Virus record (IMG/VR): IMGVR_UViG_3300021964_000224
Location: 1-35,386 of that record
Length of the DNA stretch: 35,386 nt
From: a virus
Lineage: Duplodnaviria; Caudoviricetes
Direction: 5' to 3' (one strand)
The position numbers were made by a program, and so were the translations under genes. Shown here piece by piece: positions 24,998 through 32,625 of the stretch. Position 1 is the stretch's first letter, and the number at the start of each line of letters is the position of its first letter. A model generated the notes under the pieces. The model was not told the origin of the DNA, searched no databases, and worked only from the letters and a program-made list of their open reading frames with translations.

Positions 24998-25386
24998 ACG
25001 TTGCTGTCATCATCTGGCACGACGCGCACGCGGACATGTCCGGCGAATGGAAGTCGCTCGACACTCCCGACCCGGACACCGACCCGTACGAGGTTGTGTC
25101 AGTCGGTATCGTCCTTGACCGGAAGGCCGGTGGAAAGCCCGGTCATGTGTCAGTCGCCCAGTCGCTCACCCGTGACGGCTACATCGACTACGTCACGCAC
25201 ATACCTAAGGCCATGGTCGTCGAGCGCATTGACCTGTACGAGATCGGAGTAACTGATGGGCAAGTCCACCTTGACGAAACGCGAGGCGCGCGAAGCGGTG
25301 ACGTTCCTGCGGCGCGTCGTCGCAAGAGGAGCCGACGAGGAACAGTCACTTCTTCAAGTCATCTCGAAACTCGAAATGATCGTTGA
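24994..25386 (+). CDS. Hypothetical protein
   Basis: GTGA overlap. IIWHDAH...W...VSVG...VAQS...IPKAMV pattern. Confidence 0.7.
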   Translation: MNVAVIIWHDAHADMSGEWKSLDTPDPDTDPYEVVSVGIVLDRKAGGKPGHVSVAQSLTRDGYIDYVTHIPKAMVVERIDLYEIGVTDGQVHLDETRGARSGDVPAARRRKRSRRGTVTSSSHLETRNDR

Positions 25387-25423
25387 CGCAACCTACAACG
25401 GACAACAGCGTGAAAGCCTCTAG
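25256..25423 (+). CDS. Small hypothetical protein (55 aa)
   Basis: GGAG SD before ATG 25256, MGKSTLTKREAREAVTFLRRVV... It overlaps the unstructured tail of the upstream ORF. Confidence 0.5.
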   Translation: MGKSTLTKREAREAVTFLRRVVARGADEEQSLLQVISKLEMIVDATYNGQQRESL

Positions 25424-25433
25424 AGTGTCCGCG

Positions 25434-26090
25434 ATGGCTCGCAGCGTGAAACTCGCCGATCTTGACATCCGGGAAACATCCGGTGTCGATCACCCGGCAC
25501 ATCTTCACGAAGGCTGGCTCGTCCTAAAGTCCGTCACCGACGGTGGCGACACGATCGAAGGAGAACAAGTGGAACTCGAAGTGACCGAGACCGAGGCGCT
25601 GGTCGAGGAGCAGGTGACCGAGGTCGCCGCGTCCGTCGACAACGGCAACGCCGAACTGTTGAAGGAACTGGGCGATCTCCGCAAGGAACTCGCTGACATG
25701 CGTGCCGAGAAGGAGTCGATCGAAGCCGCTGCCGAACTCGCGAAGGCTGTTGAGACCGCCGCCGAGTTCGCCGCGCTGCCGGGCGTCGACCCGCAGGTGC
25801 TCGGCGAAGACCTCGTCAAGATGCGCGCCGCGCTGCCCGAGGTTGCCGAGCGTGTCGAAGCGATCCTGAAGGGTTCCGCCATCGCCATCGGTGAGGCCGG
25901 TGTGCTGAAGGAAGTTGGTAGCGACATCGCTGACGTCAGCGACGCCGCCGATGCGTGGGGTCTCATCGAGTCCCGCGCGAATGATCTCGTCGCCAGCGGC
26001 GAGGCCAGCAGCATCGCGAAGGCGATCACCATTGTCGCCGAACGCGACAAGGACTTGTACAACCGTTACCTCACCGAGAAGGGACTCTGA
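25434..26090 (+). CDS. Scaffold-like protein with N-terminal protease-like segment
   Basis: Acidic Ala/Glu coiled coil directly upstream of the decoration and capsid genes. N-terminal LADLDIRETSGVDHPAH...WLVLKS. ATG lies 7 nt after TAGAGT, and a second SD-led GTG lies at 25569. Confidence 0.75.
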   Translation: MARSVKLADLDIRETSGVDHPAHLHEGWLVLKSVTDGGDTIEGEQVELEVTETEALVEEQVTEVAASVDNGNAELLKELGDLRKELADMRAEKESIEAAAELAKAVETAAEFAALPGVDPQVLGEDLVKMRAALPEVAERVEAILKGSAIAIGEAGVLKEVGSDIADVSDAADAWGLIESRANDLVASGEASSIAKAITIVAERDKDLYNRYLTEKGL

Positions 26091-26093
26091 GTC

Positions 26094-26480
26094 ATGGCAT
26101 ACGAAGCCGCGCAGATCAAGGTTGGCAACTTCACCGCATCAGCGGATTTGTCAGCCAAGCAGTACCACTTCGTCAAGATGTCGGGCAACAACACCGTGAC
26201 GGTGTGCGCCGCCATCACCGACGTTCCGATCGGCGTGTTGCAGAACACGCCGACCAGCGGACAAGCCGCCGAGGTGTGCCTGTTCGGAATCACAAAGGTT
26301 GTTGCCGATGGCACGCTCGCCGCAGGCAATGTACTCGGCACCTCCGCCGACGGACAGGCTGACGCCATCGCCGCCGGAACCGACACCACCGTCTACACAA
26401 TGGGCATCGCGCTCAACGCCGCATCCGCCGGTGAGACCGTGGAAGCCTTCATCAACGCAACCGCCGGGCGCGCAGCCTGA
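26094..26480 (+). CDS. Capsid decoration/cement protein (DUF2190-like)
   Basis: A.ADL...QY.FVK, PIGVLQN.P..G..AEV...G.TKVVA, GIAL.AA.AGE. Position just before the major capsid gene. Confidence 0.75.
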   Translation: MAYEAAQIKVGNFTASADLSAKQYHFVKMSGNNTVTVCAAITDVPIGVLQNTPTSGQAAEVCLFGITKVVADGTLAAGNVLGTSADGQADAIAAGTDTTVYTMGIALNAASAGETVEAFINATAGRAA

Positions 26481-26509
26481 CCGACCCCAGAGAGCAGAGG
26501 TAAGACACC

Positions 26510-27457
26510 ATGCCACAGCCAACACAGAGTCAGGTGCATGTTGATGCGGTACTGACGAACATGTCAGTCGCCTACATGCAAGAGGCCGACTCGTTCGTCG
26601 CGTCGCGCGTGTTCCCGACCGTCAACGTCGCGAAGCAAAGCGACCTGTACTTTACCTACACGCAGGCGGACTTCTACCGCGATCAAGCGCAGGTGCGTGC
26701 CGACGGCACCGAGTCAGCCGGTTCGGGCTACGGCCTGTCGACCGCGTCGTACTCGTCGTCGGTGTACGCGCTCCATAAGGACATCGGCGATCAGGTGCGC
26801 GCGAACAGCGACGCGCCGCTCGACCCGGACATGGACGCGACTCGTTTCCTGACTCATCAGATGCTGATCCGTCAGGAGCGTGACTGGGCATCGACGCATT
26901 TCACCACCGGCGTTTGGGACACCGACGCCACTCCGTCCACCCTGTGGAGCGCGAGCGGGTCGACGCCGATCGAGGACATCGAGGCTGGCAAGAACACCAT
27001 CCTGTCGAACACCGGCTACCTCGCCAACACATTGGTGCTGTCATACAAGGCGTACTCGATCCTGAAGAATCACACCGACGTCGTCGACCGCTACAAGTAC
27101 ACCAGCGCAGATTCGATCTCGCCGGACTTGATGGCACGCATCTTCGAGGTCGACCGCATCTTCGTGATGAAGGGCGTGTTCAACAGCGCCGCCGAAGGCG
27201 CGTCCGCCTCGTACGCACAGATCGGCGACAAAGACGCACTGTTGTGCTACGTCGCTCCGCAGGCAGGTCTGATGACCGCGTCGGCCGGTTACAACTTCGT
27301 GTGGACGGGCGTCGGTGGCGGTCTCGGCACCAGCACCGCGGTGTCCCGGTTCCGTATGGATCACCTCCGCAGCGACCGTCTCGAAGTCGAGTCGGCGTGG
27401 GACTTCAAGGTCGTGGCTTCACCGCTCGGGTACTTCTTCTCGAACCCGGTCGCCTGA
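26510..27457 (+). CDS. Major capsid protein (lambda gpE-like)
   Basis: HVDAVLTN.SVAY.Q..F.A.RVFP.V.V.KQSD.Y..., 315 aa, ends GYFFSNPVA, followed by a terminator. Confidence 0.9.
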   Translation: MPQPTQSQVHVDAVLTNMSVAYMQEADSFVASRVFPTVNVAKQSDLYFTYTQADFYRDQAQVRADGTESAGSGYGLSTASYSSSVYALHKDIGDQVRANSDAPLDPDMDATRFLTHQMLIRQERDWASTHFTTGVWDTDATPSTLWSASGSTPIEDIEAGKNTILSNTGYLANTLVLSYKAYSILKNHTDVVDRYKYTSADSISPDLMARIFEVDRIFVMKGVFNSAAEGASASYAQIGDKDALLCYVAPQAGLMTASAGYNFVWTGVGGGLGTSTAVSRFRMDHLRSDRLEVESAWDFKVVASPLGYFFSNPVA

Positions 27458-27482
27458 CCTACAACTCAATCACCTCCGGCGT

Positions 27483-27537
27483 AACGGTCGGGACTGGATG
27501 CCACGCACGGTTCCGGTCTCGACCGTTCGTCGTTTCT
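27483..27537 (+). terminator. Intrinsic terminator after the capsid gene
   Basis: Stem aacggtcgggactgga / tccggtctcgaccgtt (with G-U pairs), then cgtcgtttct. Confidence 0.7.
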
Positions 27538-27552
27538 ACGAAGGGCTAACTC

Positions 27553-27852
27553 ATGTCATACACCTCGAACCTGAGAGCAGCAACAGCGGTCGCGTTGACC
27601 GGTCTCGATCAGCAGGCCGTCACCGGCTCTGCCATCTTCATGGGTCTTGATGTCAACGATGACGCTGAGTCATCTGTCCATCTGCATATCCATAACGGCA
27701 CCTCTAACACCGGGACGCTCATTGCGTCTGCTGACCCTGCGAATGGCGGGCACGACGAACTGTGGTTCGGTCCTAACGGTGTTCATTGTCCCGACGGGAT
27801 CTATGTCGATGTCGTTTCGGGAACGCCGTCTGGTTCGATCTTCTACCGGTGA
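27553..27852 (+). CDS. Hypothetical virion-associated protein (99 aa)
   Basis: Beta-rich, ending GIYVDVVSGT..GSIFYR. Located in the head-tail region. Confidence 0.7.
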   Translation: MSYTSNLRAATAVALTGLDQQAVTGSAIFMGLDVNDDAESSVHLHIHNGTSNTGTLIASADPANGGHDELWFGPNGVHCPDGIYVDVVSGTPSGSIFYR

Positions 27853-27860
27853 GGTGAGAG

Positions 27861-28349
27861 ATGACATGGACATACTCCGGTGACCCGTCCGGGTCGGCTC
27901 GTGACGCGATCAGGTTCCTGATCGGTGACACCGACACCGACGATCAACTGTTGTCCGACGAGGAGATCGCGTGGGTGAACTCTGAGGCGGGTGGCACACC
28001 AACCTCCACCGTCGCACTCTATGACGCGGCGATGCGATGCTGTCTCACGATCGCATCGAAACTTGCGCGCGAGGCCGACAAACAGATCGGCGACCTGTCG
28101 GTGTCGATGTCGCAACGCGCGAAAGCGTACCGTGAGCAAGCCACCGAGTTGAAGAACCTGTCGACCCGTGAAGGCGCAGTACCTGTCCCGTACGCGGGTG
28201 GCATCACGATCTCCGACAAGGACATCGACGAGGAGAACAGCGACATCTTCCGCACATGGTTCTCGTCCGGCCAGTTCGAGAACGTGCGTGACGGTGCCCG
28301 CACGAACACGATCCGCGGCGTCCAGTACTTCGGACCCGGAGCGGACTGA
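27861..28349 (+). CDS. Head-tail adaptor/connector
   Basis: MTWTYSGDP....DAIRFLIGDTD....LLSDEEI...IGDLSVS.SQ. Confidence 0.8.
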   Translation: MTWTYSGDPSGSARDAIRFLIGDTDTDDQLLSDEEIAWVNSEAGGTPTSTVALYDAAMRCCLTIASKLAREADKQIGDLSVSMSQRAKAYREQATELKNLSTREGAVPVPYAGGITISDKDIDEENSDIFRTWFSSGQFENVRDGARTNTIRGVQYFGPGAD

Positions 28350-28699
28350 TGGCGGCGGCGACGGCGTTCCTGTCGGCGCTGTCCGGCCTATGCACCCAGA
28401 CGGTCGGTGTGCGCGCCAAGTCGGGCTTCAACAACTACGGCGAAGCGACGTACAGCGGGTCGGCGACGACCTACTCGGCGTATGTGCAGCGGGTGAACAA
28501 GTCGTCGGCGGATGTCGAGCGGGACGACGCGGTCGCCGAGTGGGTGGCGTACATCCCGTCATCGACATTGACTGTCGGTATCGACGACGAGGTCGAGTAC
28601 CCGACGTCGGTGATTCGGCCGGTCGTCGAAGTCGACTACCGGTACGACGAACACGGACAGCAGTTCGTTGTCGTGTCGATCGGACGGGCGTCACGATGA
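28349..28699 (+). CDS. Head closure/stopper protein
   Basis: Position, TGATG coupling, N.YGE.TY motif, beta-rich. Confidence 0.6.
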   Translation: MAAATAFLSALSGLCTQTVGVRAKSGFNNYGEATYSGSATTYSAYVQRVNKSSADVERDDAVAEWVAYIPSSTLTVGIDDEVEYPTSVIRPVVEVDYRYDEHGQQFVVVSIGRASR

Positions 28700-29154
28700 G
28701 AGGCATCAACGTGAACGTGCGCGGTATGCGCGAACTGTCCGACGCGATCGACGCGAACATTGAAGGTCTCCAGCAGGCGCTCGGCCGCGCGCTGTACTCC
28801 GCCGCCGAGGACATCGCCGCCGACTCGCAAGACCTCGTGCCGTTCGACACCGGCGACCTTGCCGGGTCGATGTCCGTCGACGCGAGCCAACTCATCGCCG
28901 GTACGCCTGAGGTCGAGATCACCTACGGCACCGCGTACGCGCTTGTTCAGCATGAGCGACTCGATCTGTGGCACCCACCGAAACCGCCGGGCAACACGCG
29001 CGGACGCACAGGCACCGGACCGGTCGCGCCCGGCTCGGGTCGCGGACCGAAGTACCTAGAGTTCCCGTTCGCGCAGGAAACGTCGCAGTACCCGGCGAAA
29101 CTTCTTGACCGTATCCGGGCGCACTACAACATCGTGAAAGCACAGGGCGCGTGA
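28696..29154 (+). CDS. HK97 gp10-like neck/tail completion protein
   Basis: V.GM.EL...SQDLVPFDTGDLAGS...YGTAYALVQHE...KYLE.P. Confidence 0.8.
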   Translation: MRGINVNVRGMRELSDAIDANIEGLQQALGRALYSAAEDIAADSQDLVPFDTGDLAGSMSVDASQLIAGTPEVEITYGTAYALVQHERLDLWHPPKPPGNTRGRTGTGPVAPGSGRGPKYLEFPFAQETSQYPAKLLDRIRAHYNIVKAQGA

Positions 29155-29552
29155 TGGCACTCCTCGACGATCTCGGCACCTACCTCGCAACGCAGGTCGG
29201 CACGTTGACGCTCGGCACGAATCTGTATCTCGGTCGGATGCCAGACGAACCTGACACCTGCGTCGCGTTGTACGAGTACGGCGGTGACGCACCGGTGAAC
29301 GTGATGGGCGGCGACTCGATGCCACCGGTCGAGCAGCCACGCATCCAGATACTCACCCGCGCGTCCGGGTACTCGTCGGCTCGTACGCTCGCGCTCGAAT
29401 GTTGGACAGCAGTAGAGGCGGTGCTCAACGAATCGCTGTCCGGCACCTTGTACCACCGGGTGTCCGCGAATCAGTCGCCGTTCCCGCTGGAGCGCGACAG
29501 CCGTGACCGTGTCCTGTTCGCACAGAACTTCCGGGTGCAGAAGGCGTTGTGA
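29154..29552 (+). CDS. Tail terminator ('minor capsid' family)
   Basis: LYLGRMPDEPD.CVALYEYGG...EQPRIQILTRA...QSPFPL.RD..DR..F..NF. Confidence 0.8.
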   Translation: MALLDDLGTYLATQVGTLTLGTNLYLGRMPDEPDTCVALYEYGGDAPVNVMGGDSMPPVEQPRIQILTRASGYSSARTLALECWTAVEAVLNESLSGTLYHRVSANQSPFPLERDSRDRVLFAQNFRVQKAL

Positions 29553-29740
29553 GTATCCCGGCCGACCCGTACGCCGAACTGCGTCGACGCCCGGAGCGTG
29601 AACGGCACACACGGGTCAAGGTTCGATGTGCGGGATGCGGGAAACTTCTCGCCGAGGTCGTGACCGCGCCGTGGGTGATCCGTTGCCCACGCTGCAAATC
29701 TGAGAACCGGTCAGCCGAGGACGTATCCACATCGTCCTGA
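29549..29740 (+). CDS. Mu Com-like zinc-finger protein
   Basis: VRCAGCGKLLAE.......IRCPRCKSEN, with GTGA overlap. Confidence 0.8.
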   Translation: MSIPADPYAELRRRPERERHTRVKVRCAGCGKLLAEVVTAPWVIRCPRCKSENRSAEDVSTSS

Positions 29741-29759
29741 GAGGCCGCTAGACAGCCGT

Positions 29760-30371
29760 CTAAGCGCACCAGTCGCCGGACATGTACCACGGTTGCCACC
29801 GGCACCAGCCGAGCGCCTGAGCCTCCTCAGCGATCAACAGGCCGAACATGAGTCCGATGCGCGGGTCGAGCAGGTCATCCATGACGTATCCGCGCACCTC
29901 GACGAAGTCGCGCCACACCTTGCGGTTGACCTGCATCAGTCCGTAGTCGCGGGTCGGGCTGACCGCATCGGGTTGACAACGGGACTCCGCCCACATGATC
30001 TCGTCGATGCGTGGCAGGTCATCGACCGTCCAGCCGACCTCGATGGCGAGCGGCCACCACTCGCCGCATCGCGCATCGTCGATACCGGGCAGCGTCGTCG
30101 TCGTCGACGGTGACAGCGTGATGCCGGGCGGGAGTGACGCCACCGGCGGGATAGACACCTCCGAGGCGTGCCGGTCAGCGTCGAGCGGTTCGATGATGAG
30201 CGGGTCGGCGACCCAGACACTCGTCGTCGTAGTTAGTGCCGGAGCAGCCGGGCTAGAGGCTGTGGAATCTGTGGGAGAGTTCCGGAAGGAGACTCCAGCC
30301 CAGCCACTCACGGCGATCGTAAGTGTAGCGGCGACAGCCGCCACACGACGAGCAAGCATGACAAGCACCAT
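29760..30371 (-). CDS. Secreted or membrane-anchored lytic transglycosylase (SLT/lysozyme-like)
   Basis: N-terminal RR plus hydrophobic helix, Pro/Thr linker, IMWAESRC.PDA....DYGLMQVN, LLDP..., W.PW. AGGAGG SD. Confidence 0.8.
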   Translation of the reverse strand: MVLVMLARRVAAVAATLTIAVSGWAGVSFRNSPTDSTASSPAAPALTTTTSVWVADPLIIEPLDADRHASEVSIPPVASLPPGITLSPSTTTTLPGIDDARCGEWWPLAIEVGWTVDDLPRIDEIMWAESRCQPDAVSPTRDYGLMQVNRKVWRDFVEVRGYVMDDLLDPRIGLMFGLLIAEEAQALGWCRWQPWYMSGDWCA

Positions 30372-30393
30372 AGGTGATCCCTCCTGACGTCGG

Positions 30394-30576
30394 TCAGACG
30401 TCGTCAGGCCAGTCGGACGACGAGTAGGTGCGCTCGACGTTGAGTCGCTGCGTCACGTCGTCGACCTCAACGCGGAGTCGCTCGATCTCCCGAGCCGCTT
30501 CCTCCAGCAACTCGGCGAGTCCGTCACCAGCGTTCACGCGCTGCCGTGACCTGAGCCGTTCGATGATGGTCGACAT
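30394..30576 (-). CDS. Small coiled-coil hypothetical protein (cassette 5)
   Basis: MSTIIERLR...EEAAREIERLR, with AGGGGA SD. Confidence 0.7.
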   Translation of the reverse strand: MSTIIERLRSRQRVNAGDGLAELLEEAAREIERLRVEVDDVTQRLNVERTYSSSDWPDDV

Positions 30577-30614
30577 GCTGTCCCCTACCGCGAGTGTATC
30601 CGACGCGGCCACCG

Positions 30615-30818
30615 TTACGAAGTAGGTGTGTTGTCGATTGTCCACACACCGCGCGACCACCTATCCCAGCGGCGTTCGCGGTAGGCGACATGTACCTGAC
30701 CATCTGAGAACACTTCGACGAGGAGTTGGCCACGCGGCAACGATTCGTCGATGTCACGGATGTCCTCGATGACGGTCACCGCTGGTTGCGACGGTGTCGG
30801 TTCGCTGTCGGTCAGCAC
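30615..30818 (-). CDS. Hypothetical protein (cassette 5)
   Basis: GTG overlaps the upstream end. QLLVEVFSDG.VHVAYR....DRWS. The start is uncertain. Confidence 0.6.
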   Translation of the reverse strand: MLTDSEPTPSQPAVTVIEDIRDIDESLPRGQLLVEVFSDGQVHVAYRERRWDRWSRGVWTIDNTPTS

Positions 30819-31240
30819 GACGCATATCCTATGAACCCCCACTCTTGTTCACCGACCCGGATGGCGACGGCCGCTCCCCATTTGTTTTGGTACGTCATCG
30901 CGATCGTTTCGACCGTTTCCGCGCCGAGGCGCGCGACGAGGAACGTGCGGTCTCTCGCGGCTTGTCTGGACACCGGGTATTCGGAATCTTCGGTGTCGTA
31001 CGCCGGGTTGCTTCCGAGCGCGTTGGAGTACCGTTGCACGATGTCGCTCATCCACGTCGGGACGTCGTCTGTGACGGGTGGCAACGGCGGCAGGTCGTAC
31101 TCGACGAAACCGTGTTTCTCGGCGATAGTGCCGGTGTACCCGCCGTGACCATGCCAGTAGTACGCCTGATCGACAGCGTACCGGAATGCCTCATCTACCG
31201 TTGTGCCCGACGCGCGAGCCGTGAAGTCTGTTGCTCCCAT
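30812..31240 (-). CDS. Hypothetical protein (cassette 5)
   Basis: AAGGAG SD. MGATDF...AF..AV..A.Y.HGHGGYTGTIAEK...KWG...W.F.G.ASC. Confidence 0.8.
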   Translation of the reverse strand: MGATDFTARASGTTVDEAFRYAVDQAYYWHGHGGYTGTIAEKHGFVEYDLPPLPPVTDDVPTWMSDIVQRYSNALGSNPAYDTEDSEYPVSRQAARDRTFLVARLGAETVETIAMTYQNKWGAAVAIRVGEQEWGFIGYASC

Positions 31241-31530
31241 TACCTGTTCTCCTTCTTGTATTTGCGGGCGACCGCGACGATGCGTTTCGCCACCGGGTCG
31301 TCGTAGATGTCACGGATGTCGAGGCACCACTCGCGTCGCGGTGTGCCACCGTCGTAGCCGAGCATGCCTTCGACGCGGTCGAGTAGATCGTCGCGCGGCA
31401 TCGGGTCGTCCATGTACCAGCCGTCGACGACAGTCTCGATGATGTCGACGACACCTTCGTCGATGTCGTCGAGCGTGAGCACCCGGAACCGGGTGTCGTC
31501 GATGACGAACGGAATCGGTCGTGAGTCCAT
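31240..31530 (-). CDS. Hypothetical protein (cassette 5)
   Basis: AGGAGG SD and TGATG coupling, starting MDSRPIPF. Confidence 0.75.
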   Translation of the reverse strand: MDSRPIPFVIDDTRFRVLTLDDIDEGVVDIIETVVDGWYMDDPMPRDDLLDRVEGMLGYDGGTPRREWCLDIRDIYDDPVAKRIVAVARKYKKENR

Positions 31531-31784
31531 CAGTTGTCCTCCTGCTCTCTGATCGAGCGTGATCGTGGCTTGTTGTGTTTGATGTCGACGACACGGTCGG
31601 CGTAGAAGGTTCGCATCGACCCGGTCGGTGTGAGACCGGCGGTGTTGATCGGTCCCCAACAGGTGACCGACCCGCTGGTCTCGACTCGGCGGAGCCGGTA
31701 GCGGCGGCGTTCGTCGGTGCGCGGATCGAGCACGGTGATCTCTTGCCCGACCTCGACGACCCGACCTGACGGCAATGTCAACAT
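31530..31784 (-). CDS. Hypothetical protein (cassette 5)
   Basis: GGGAG SD and TGATG coupling, starting MLTLPSGR. Confidence 0.7.
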   Translation of the reverse strand: MLTLPSGRVVEVGQEITVLDPRTDERRRYRLRRVETSGSVTCWGPINTAGLTPTGSMRTFYADRVVDIKHNKPRSRSIREQEDN

Positions 31785-32242
31785 CAGTTCTTCTCCCATT
31801 GCGTTGTCGGCCAGAGGCGAGTCACCTGTGCTTTGCGTCCCTGTCCCAGTAGTTCGCACGCACGCTTCACTTCGTGCCTTGCGAGGTGAGTGTCGTTCTT
31901 GATCTTGTGTGCGATCTGTCGAGCGTCGCTGGACGCGACATCTTGAAGGTCGCCGTGAAAGCAGAACTCGATGAGTGTGGCGGCGAGTGCTCGAAGCGCG
32001 GAGCGGTTGACCTCGTACGCAAGGTTGCGGCATCCATCGCACCACTCAATCGGTTCGACGGCGTGGCTGTCGGCGAGTTTCTGTGTCCGGTGACCGACCG
32101 ACTCGTTGTGTTCGTCGCACCGGGTGTACCACACCGCGACGTCGGGTCGGTGTTGCAGTCCGAGGTCTTCGGCGTGTCCGACCGTGACTCGGAATCCTGT
32201 CTGTGCTGCGACTCGTGTGCGCGGCTTGCGTCGGGCGCTCAT
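31784..32242 (-). CDS. Hypothetical protein (cassette 5)
   Basis: Junction motif upstream. W.T.C.EH...P.EWC..C motif. Confidence 0.75.
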   Translation of the reverse strand: MSARRKPRTRVAAQTGFRVTVGHAEDLGLQHRPDVAVWYTRCDEHNESVGHRTQKLADSHAVEPIEWCDGCRNLAYEVNRSALRALAATLIEFCFHGDLQDVASSDARQIAHKIKNDTHLARHEVKRACELLGQGRKAQVTRLWPTTQWEKN

Positions 32243-32625
32243 CACTTCACCTCCTTCGAGATCGCGGTTCCGACGTGCTCGCTGGCGCGGGCGTCCGTGA
32301 CCGTGTCGGCGAAGGCGACGATGAGGCAGTCACTGCGGTTGAGGGCGTAGCCTGAGCGCCAGTTGAACACCCACTCACCGTTGTCGAACACGATCTTGGC
32401 TGACGTGCGGTGAACCTTGACGCCTTGACCACGACGGCAACCGAACACGTCACGAGTGCTCGACATGACCGGGCGAGTGTCGCTGCCCATGCGCTCGAAC
32501 TCGATCTCGCGGGTCTCGCCGTCGATCGTGACCGGGAAGGTCATGTACTCGACGGTGTATGACCGCTCGTTGCCTTCGTTGTCGGTGTAGGTCTTGGTCT
32601 CGATGCGGGTCGGGTAGGTGCTCAT
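32242..32625 (-). CDS. Hypothetical protein (cassette 5, first gene)
   Basis: AAGGAG SD in the conserved leader, MSTYPTR...EVK. In-frame GTG at 32658. Confidence 0.8.
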   Translation of the reverse strand: MSTYPTRIETKTYTDNEGNERSYTVEYMTFPVTIDGETREIEFERMGSDTRPVMSSTRDVFGCRRGQGVKVHRTSAKIVFDNGEWVFNWRSGYALNRSDCLIVAFADTVTDARASEHVGTAISKEVK

